Of a DNA stretch of 64,000 nucleotides, positions 55,300 to 64,000 are shown in pieces. Source of the DNA: Octopus vulgaris (lineage: Eukaryota); the NCBI GenBank assembly GCA_951406725.2, contig OX597815.1:167772001-167836000 (forward strand), read 5' to 3'. The translations under genes were made by a program, and so were the position numbers. Within the stretch, counting starts at the first letter, position 1. The number at the start of each line of letters is the position of its first letter. Under the pieces are notes generated by a model. The model did not search any database and was not told the DNA's origin. It worked only from the letters and a program-made list of their open reading frames with translations.

Positions 55300-56095
55300 G
55301 TGAGATTAATATACCTAAAAAAAGACCTGGTTATGAAACGGTCAGCATACAAAAAAAAAAAAAAAGGCTACGCAAGAGGAGTATGATTGTCGAAGATTTC
55401 CGTATGATACTATCAACGACATGAAGTGTGACCTTTCTTGAACTTGTGACCGCTACATCATTCGAAAACCAAGCATTTGCAATCCGAGAACAGGAGATTG
55501 CTACGATCTGCCTAATAAACAAAAGTCAATGAAACCTTTGGAGCTCAAAAATGCAATCGAAATTGTCAATTAAGTTACTTTTCCGTGGAAGACACCACAC
55601 ATGTGATCAACAGTTGTCCGAAAATGTCGTAAGGGTTCTATCTCCTAACACTATATGACGTTGTCGCTAAAACAATACACAAACCCATTCGAATAAAAAA
55701 AAAACTGTCCTGAGATAAATACAGAGAACGTCCTTGTTATTGAATACATAAACATCAACACAAGTCCGAGTAAAAAGGACAAGATATCGTTGTTTGGAAT
55801 AGACAGGAAAAAGTATGCACCGTCATTGAGATAAACTGCCCTGCTGGTGTAAATATCTCTTCGACAATCAAAAAGAAACAGAATAAAATTGAAGAAATGC
55901 ATCAAACCCATCATTTATTATACCCAATAAATTCGTATTAGTAATAATGGTGAATTTCGTTTTGTGAGTAGATGCCGAAGAAACAATCTGTTAAACCTGG
56001 GGTTTTAAGAAAATATATTACCAGTTAAAATTCATATTACAAATCAATCTGTAAGTGAAACAGTTAAAATATGCATGACTTTCCTCAAGTTCAAA
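55300..56095 (+). mobile_element. R4/Dong-type non-LTR retrotransposon, decayed 3' end (CCHC and restriction-like endonuclease)
   Basis: AFAIREQEIAT, KCNRNCQLSYFSVEDTTHVINSCPKM, YDVVAKTI, KVCTVIEINCPAGVNI, SVSETVKICMTFLKF. Confidence 0.75.
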
Positions 56096-56328
56096 ATATT
56101 AACTTGTTTTTGCGATCTAAATTCCAACGATTCAGCTTTGTATCTTTGTGAGAAATCAACTCCTTACAGTTAAACTACCGATTATTAAAAGTAGAAGAGT
56201 GTATACATACGAATTTGTTAAAACATATGCACACATATGATTCATAGAAAGTATATGTCTATATACATACATACGTACATATACATATATATCTATAGCT
56301 ATATATATAGAGAGAGACAGACAGACAC

Positions 56329-56429
<101 letters not shown>

Positions 56430-56463
56430 AAAATAGATAGATATGCATACATATATATAAATT

Positions 56464-56501
<38 letters not shown>

Positions 56502-56802
56502 CATATATATTATATATATACACTCACACACATACGTAGAGACGTGTGTGCGTGTGTGTGTATATGTGTATATATATGTATGCATATATATATATGTATG
56601 TATATGTATATACGTATGTATGTATGCATGTATGTATGTATGTCTATATATGTACATATATGAGGAGTAAAAAATAAAGACAAGCAAGTTAGGCAAGTTG
56701 ATATACAAGAAATATTAAATGCATCTAATATAGAAAATGTACATATGTATGCATATAAAAAAAGTCCAACTTACATACATTCATGTACATATAAATATAT
56801 AT

Positions 56803-56864
<62 letters not shown>

Positions 56865-57207
56865 TATACATATATGTATGCAAGTGTCTGTGTGTGTGTG
56901 TGTACGCCTGTCTATATAAATGTGCGTGCGTATGTGTGCATAGAGGTCCCTTCTTCACTGTTTACATTTCGTATGGCGAGTGGGTGCTATTTTTCCGTGC
57001 AAATGATCCTCCTTATCTGAGACTTATCACTGCTACAACCAACTGTTTTCGCAAGACCGTTGACGGATATTTCTCTCTTCATTCCACATTTCTTTCCCCC
57101 TCCTGTTACAATTCCACTACTTCCGGACTTCTATATCCGGCCCACTGGCGCCGTCACCCTCACATTGCATGTGCGTATACATATGCGTGTGTGTGTGTAT
57201 GTATGCA

Positions 57208-57310
<103 letters not shown>

Positions 57311-58589
57311 ATGTATCTATGTATATATATATATATTGACAGATAAATTAATAGACAGATATATATATATATATATATATGTTCTAATTGTTTTCCTCTG
57401 ACACACACAACCGGCATTAACATCTACGTACAGACATGCACACATACACACATACTTACACACACAATTACCAATTACAAAAGTCTGCACATGTTCATTT
57501 GTACACATTTTGCTGTCTCTAATGTGATTATTCCACTTTCAAATATTCGTTTCTTTTACTTTTTTTGTCTTTCTAATATTCTGTTTGTCTTATGCCAAAA
57601 TTTGAAACTAATATTTTGCATACGTTATATTTCTCGTGCTAACGAGATGGCGTCTTTTTAGTTGTTCGACCCGGTAAAATTTACAACCAAATCATAACTC
57701 GTCATTCTAAATTCTAGATTTGACCCTGTTGTCTGAGATATGAAGCGATTGCCCGGGCTGGAAAATCATTGAACATAGGACAGTCTATTCGGAGATGACA
57801 TTGGACTAAGCATCTTAGTTTCTTTCTAGCTGCACTTAAGTCTTATTCTCACTTTGTTCAGAATCAGTTATTTATTCTCTATTCCTCTCTTTCCGTCCTC
57901 TCCTCTCTCTCTCTCTCTCTCTTTCTTTCTCTCTCTCAGTCACTCACTCACACACATATACAGTTTTTTCGATTTCTCTTTCTGTTTGTCCCTTCTCTCA
58001 CACCCTCCGTTAACTATATCTTTATTACCGTCAGATAAGACTACATCCATTACAAGTTTTATCATTACACTGTGGCCCTTTGCAAAAGTGCTTTACATAT
58101 AAAATGCAATATAAAATGCAATATAAAATCTGCTCAACTGTTTCCAAGTCTAATCCATTTTTTTAATTTTAAGCTATTGCCAAAGATTTACTATCTTTAA
58201 TTTATCTTCATTTTCAAATGTATAAAGCATATCATAGGATTTTCGACGCAAACTCGATTAAGCAGCTACTATCCTATAAAAAATTTGCGAGCTCAGATAA
58301 CTTGAAATATGCTATAAGATGCTTGGGCTGCCACCAAAACTACATAGGGTCCAAACGAGAATCACAGCCAGGAGCTTTCTGAAACATGTCATAGCAGGTG
58401 ACTAAAGAAGAGACAGTTACAATGTCAAGACCGAAAAAAAAGAAAAGAAAAAGAAAAGAGCAATCGCAGTGTGATAGATCATTGTCACCGTGACCAAAAT
58501 AGTATGAAGCTGATGTTTTTGCGTGTTTTGACTGAAGGGATGCATATATAAATCTTTTCAAGAGTTCTTCGAACTTTTCTATTTCGAAT

Positions 58590-59092
58590 GAAAAACTCCT
58601 GAAATTCAAACGACTATTGAACAACGTCAACCTAAACATGCATTTCACAATGGAATACAACCAAAAGGAGCTCCCGTTCTTGGATATATTAATAAAAAAA
58701 TAAACATAAAAATAGAAACAGACATATTTTACAAAACCACAGACACCAAACAGTATCTAATTAATTATCTATCAGTATCTATTTGATTCATGCCATCCAA
58801 GACACACAAAAACAAACATCCCCTTCAACCTTGCAAGAAAGACATGCACAATAGTGTCAGAAAAAATACCAAAAATTTACCAATGCTACATAAGGACACA
58901 AATTAAGGGTAATTTTACATACACATAAGCCACAAACAACCGAAATCACTAAAATAGATCCTCACAAAGGCAAAATTATTTATCTAAAATAACGGACGCG
59001 AAAGTGAAAAATGTGGTCGACCAACATGCCCAAACCTTCTAGAAGGATCAGAATTCCTTTCCAAAGAGGGAAAAAAATTCAATATCAAATCT
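58590..59092 (+). mobile_element. Penelope-like RT fragment
   Basis: LLNNVNLNMHFTMEYNQKELPFLDILI...IETDIFYKTTDTKQYL...FDSCHPRHTKTNIPFNLARKTCTIVS; frameshifted. Confidence 0.88.
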
Positions 59093-59975
59093 GACTTCTG
59101 GTCTACGTCAGTTTGTTTGTTACGGACCACATATTTACCATGAAGAGTTTTTTGCTCCCACCTATTTGCCAATTGTCCAAACACATTTTGCTTTGCTATT
59201 GATTTCACCTTCTTTGCAACTACAGCTGCTGCACTTCCATATTGCTATTCAACCTGGGTATTATGCATAAACTCACTTGAAAATTTTTTGCTCTCCTTTA
59301 TAACAGAGTGAAGCTTCTTACATATTTCATAGTTTTCAATGAACTTTAGCATCCAGTCGTTAGATGTTTCAAGATATTTTGCCAATCCAATTGTGGTGGT
59401 TTTGTAAGAAATTTCAAACTGTATCAAGCCTCGACCTCCTTAAGCTCTGGGAAGGTAAAGACGATCTGCGTTTATCTTTGGGTGGTGCATCTTATTGCAA
59501 GTCAGCAGCTTATGCATTTTCGTTTCAATCTTCCTTATTTCGCTCATATTCCAGTTCAACACATTGAAACTGTAAATAACAACCGAAACTGCTACGGAAT
59601 TTTAAAGCTAACATTACGTGCATTTAACTCGGATGTTAGAACTGCTCGAACTCTGCTGTAGCACTCCTTCCTGATCTTCCCTTTCGTGCTTGCATGCTGA
59701 ATGCCAGAACCCTCATTTATTCCGATGTATTTGTAAGTTTGTTCCTGCACGAGTTCTTTTATGACTGTGTCAACATTCAACACCACTGAATGTGAGGTCT
59801 TCAATTTCCCTTTCTGGAAAGTGGCCTTGGCACATTTATCAAGGCCAAATTCCATCCCGATGTCATCACTGAATGCTTTCACAATAGTAGTCCTTTCACA
59901 TAGTAGTCCTTCGAGCTCATTATCGTCTTCGCCATAGAGTCTGATGTCATCCATATAAAATAGACGACTTATTTT
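59090..59975 (-). mobile_element. R4/Dong-type non-LTR retrotransposon RT fragment
   Basis: FYMDDIRLY, FSDDIGMEFGLDKCAK, YKYIGI, SELNARN, MHHPK..ADRLYLPRA*GGRGLIQ, WEQKTLHGKY. Confidence 0.9.
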
Positions 59976-60034
59976 CTTTCATACTTGCATGCTGAATGAC
60001 AGAGACCTCATTTATGTGCGTTTGTTTGGTGGGG

Positions 60035-60280
60035 TGCATGGCTTAGTGGTTAGGGTGCTGCATTCATGATCTTGCGATCGTGATTTCAATTCCTAGGCAG
60101 GATGGTGTGTTGTGCTATTGAGTAAAACAATTCATATCACGTTGTTTTGCGATCACTTCGTCACTTGACATGTGGTACACTGTGCACTTGTTCAGACAAC
60201 GTCGTTTCGATGGAGAGCGTGAGCTAATGTACACAACATACATTTGATCACTATAAACAAATTATTTGTGCAGGACGTTC
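60035..60280 (+). mobile_element. SINE family D
   Basis: GCATGGCTTAGTGGTTAGGG head, GATTTCAATTCC, body shared with 23660 and 24815. Confidence 0.8.
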
Positions 60281-60400
60281 ACACATACATACATACAAAC
60301 AAGCATACATACATACATACATACATACATACTTACATACATAATACATACATACATACATACATACATACATACATACATACATACATACATACATACA

Positions 60401-60431
<31 letters not shown>

Positions 60432-60518
60432 TCCTTTGATAGAGTGAATGCTGCATTTGTTGAGTATATTAACAGTTTGGCTGCTTGTTTCTCTGGAGGA
60501 TGTAAGAATGGTGTGGTC

Positions 60519-60561
60519 GCCTCTGATGAGAACCCAATGAGGTTCGAAAATCGATTAAGGT
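60519..60561 (+). ncRNA. Type I hammerhead ribozyme, fully canonical core
   Basis: GCCU CUGAUGA GAACC-CAAUGA-GGUUC GAAA AUCGAU UA AGGU; helix III palindrome AAUCGAUU; predicted cut after A60557. Confidence 0.88.
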
Positions 60562-61025
60562 TGTTCGTCATTTTTTCAGTTTGCAGAGAAATGGCTAAAA
60601 ATTTTCTCTCCTTATAATTATACTATGTTACATAAATACATACCCATACGTACATGCAGATATATACACGCACACACATGCATGCACCCATACATATATA
60701 CATATGTAAGTATATACATACATAGGTAAGTAAATTCATACATACATATATGCATACATACATACATGGTCTAGATATGCAACTATATGCATGAGAATAC
60801 ATACATAAAGCAAAGCATACAAATCTGCACATATGCATACATACATACATACATACATACATACATACATACATACATACATACATACATACATACATAC
60901 ATACATACATACATGCATGCATGCATGCATGCATACATACATACATACATACATACATACATTCATACATATATACATACATACATACATACATACATAC
61001 ATACATACATTCGTACGTACTTCAA

Positions 61026-61067
61026 AATTCTTACTCAGACTTTCACGTAAGCGTTCATCAGATAACC
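61026..61067 (-). ncRNA. Type I hammerhead motif at the 3' end of a decayed PLE fragment
   Basis: GGUUAU CUGAUGA ACG-CUUA-CGU GAAA GUCUGAG UA AGAAUU; upstream ORF 61058-61252 has GIY-YIG-like AIHQAVVTIQTNNKVVNYV. Confidence 0.68.
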
Positions 61068-61463
61068 ACATTCACCCAATTTTGAGTACATAGACCTGTA
61101 TGGAGACCAATCCAACGTTGAATTGGTACCTTTAAGCACTTATTTAAAACATAGTTTACAACTTTATTGTTCGTCTGAATTGTCACAACTGCCTGATGTA
61201 TGGCTACATGAAATTCTGAGCAAGTTCCTGAAGATTTTGGGGGTGGTTTCAATAAAATGGTATTTTACTCCATCTTTGGTATTCAAGGGCTACTTTTATC
61301 CCCACCTCGATTTGCACCTATGTGTTAATCTGTGTGCATGTGGGTGTGTAGGTGTATGGGTGTGTGTGCGTGTGTGAGTATGTATGTGTATGTGTATATA
61401 ATATACATACACACACACACATAGATACACACACACACATACATACATACATACATACATACA

Positions 61464-61499
<36 letters not shown>

Positions 61500-61733
61500 T
61501 ATATACATACATGCATAAATACGTAAATACATGCATAAATACATATATACGCATGTTTATATATACATTCCCTGAAAGGAAAAGAGAGGGAGGAGAGAAA
61601 CAAGTACATTAATAAAGTGGCAAAGAATTTGGTCGAGCCAAAATACTTGTTTTCTTTCATAAATTACAAAAGAATATCAGCATCAATTATGTGTACGTGT
61701 TTATATATGTGTGTATATGTGTATGTATACACG

Positions 61734-61778
<45 letters not shown>

Positions 61779-62134
61779 CATATACATATACATATATATA
61801 TATACACATACATAATAGATATGTTCACGTTTACATACAAGTATATATGCGTGCATACAAACACACATATACATATTCCGTTATTTGTTTGGAAGGGTTA
61901 TCGGAACGGTCCAGGATTGTTGAAGGAGTTGGCAAATGATGCTTGTGTCGACATGTCAAACTGCTCCGTGGTGTCAACTCTTGGTTTATTTGTATTCTCT
62001 TTGTAAGAACTTTCTTCTCCAATCTCCAGCCAGCAGAAACCTTTTCGTCCCTATCTTTCTACATCAGTAAAGCGGATGTTGATAGCAACAATAAATAACC
62101 TCCATATACATCCATAGTGTCTGCCAAAACCAAT

Positions 62135-63127
62135 GTCACCACCACCACCACCACCACCACCACCATCACCACCATCACTATCACCGCCATTAACACCGCC
62201 ACCAACAGCATCATCACCACCACAATTAACGCTACTACTACTACTACTACTACTACTACATTTTTACAATAATTAAAATGCAAAAGTTAACTAAACCAAC
62301 ACCACCACCACCACTAACAACAACAACAACCATGCCAATAACACCAGCATTAACACTACAGCTAACACCACCACCACTACTACTACTACTGCTGCTATTG
62401 CTACTACTACAATAACAATAATAGCAACATGAAACCTACAACCGCCACCACCACCACTAATGCTACCGCCACCACTATTGTTTACAACAACTATACAAAT
62501 GCCAATATCGTCAACACCACAACTAACACCACCAACAGCACTATCGCCTATACTAATACCAATAGCACACCGTCAGCACTATTACCAACGCTACAAACAA
62601 TATAATTACCAACTCCACCACAAACACTGCCATCATACTGCCAACACTACCATCACCACCACTACCACCACCACCACAACCATCACCACCACCATCACCA
62701 CCCCCACCCCCACCACCACCATCACCACACCATCATCACCGCCACCTCCACCATCACCACCACCACCATCACCAATACCGCCATGTCCACCATCACTACC
62801 AGCACCGCCATCAACGCTATGACCACCAACACCACCAAAACTACCATCCCGACCATCACCGTCAATCCCACCAGTAGCACCAACCCTACCATCATCACCA
62901 TCAACATCATCACCAATACCGCCACCAACACCACCATCACCACCATCACCACCAACACCGACGTCACCAACAACATCATCACCAACGCCGCCACCAGCAT
63001 GAGCAACAATACCAACACTACCATTATCCTCAACACCAATACCAATATGACCAACACCACTGACATCATCCCCACCCAAAATATCACGACCAACACCCGT
63101 ATCTCCATCTTCATCAGCAGCAACGAC
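62135..63127. repeat. Degenerate (CAC/AAC/TAC)n trinucleotide low-complexity tract
   Basis: ACN-rich triplets with stops; low-complexity ORFs in several frames on both strands. Confidence 0.85.
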
Positions 63128-63228
63128 CCCTTTAATAAAAACGAGTCAATAATAAAGCCTTTACGTCCATAAGCTCACTTTCATATGCTCGAAATAGCAG
63201 CCAAATTTCTTTCAAATCATATTATTCA

Positions 63229-63386
63229 GGCGCAGACATGTGTGGTTAATAAACACGTTCTGCAACATGCTGTTTCGGGTTCAGTGTCACTGTGTGACAC
63301 CTTGGGCAAGTGTTTCCCATATAACCCAGTGCTGACCAATGTTTGTCAGCGAATTTGTTAGACGGAAACTGTACGGAAGCCCTCGT
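63229..63386 (+). mobile_element. SINE family A, old 5' half
   Basis: GGCGCAG...CGGGTTCAGTGTCACTGTGTGACACCTTGGGCAAGTG...GACGGAAACTG. Confidence 0.7.
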
Positions 63387-63683
63387 AATGTATGTGCGTG
63401 GGTGTGTGTTAAAGTGTGTATGTGTGTGTGCATGTGTGTGTGCATGGTTTCCTTTTTCCTCAATATTTTCTTTGTTTAGATTTTATTTTTTATTTTTACC
63501 TTTTCTCTCTGTCTTTCTTACCCGCTTTTCTCTATCAGATGACTTTGTAAATTAACAATCTGATGTGTTTATTTTAATGGCTTACCAATGTATACAGTGC
63601 CCTTCTCTGCTCTAGGTGTAAGGAAGACTCTCGGCAAGAAATGGAAATAGAATTGAAAGAAGGTGATGATAATAATAATAATA

Positions 63684-64000
<317 letters not shown>

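Noticed and set aside
61926-61980. GAGTTGGCA/TGTCAACTC stem enclosing AUGAUGC
   Set aside because: No GAAA and no clear stem II or III; too degenerate to call.
62460-63172. Mucin-like Thr-rich or Gly/Val-rich ORFs
   Set aside because: Degenerate trinucleotide repeat open in several frames on both strands, with no signal peptide or splice context.

Overview
AT-rich eukaryotic DNA saturated with microsatellites ((TA)n, (TACA)n, (CA)n, (AAT)n, (TAGA)n, (GTA)n). The repeat content resembles an octopus (coleoid cephalopod) intergenic or intronic region; this is an inference from the SINE/LINE families, not a database match. I see no intact host gene, and most ORFs in the track are microsatellite artefacts. 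Identifiable content: about 16 copies or fragments of one tRNA-derived SINE with an internal microsatellite, several other SINE families, a Tc1 (DD34E) transposase pseudogene, mariner/maT, pogo-type and hAT-type remnants, a probable non-autonomous Helitron, an RTE LINE ending in three C2H2 fingers, two R4/Dong-type LINE fragments, several Penelope-like element (PLE) fragments, a 1.73 kb tandem duplication and several long inverted repeats. The main hidden signal is about 15 type I hammerhead ribozyme motifs on both strands, folded by eye and mostly with short palindromic helix III. They include a three-copy tandem array of 316-318 bp retrozyme-like units spaced by (TACA)n with a fixed CUGUAGAA core, an inverted pair with a swapped G3-C8 core, and a 508 bp ORF-less PLE-like unit. 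No activity has been tested.
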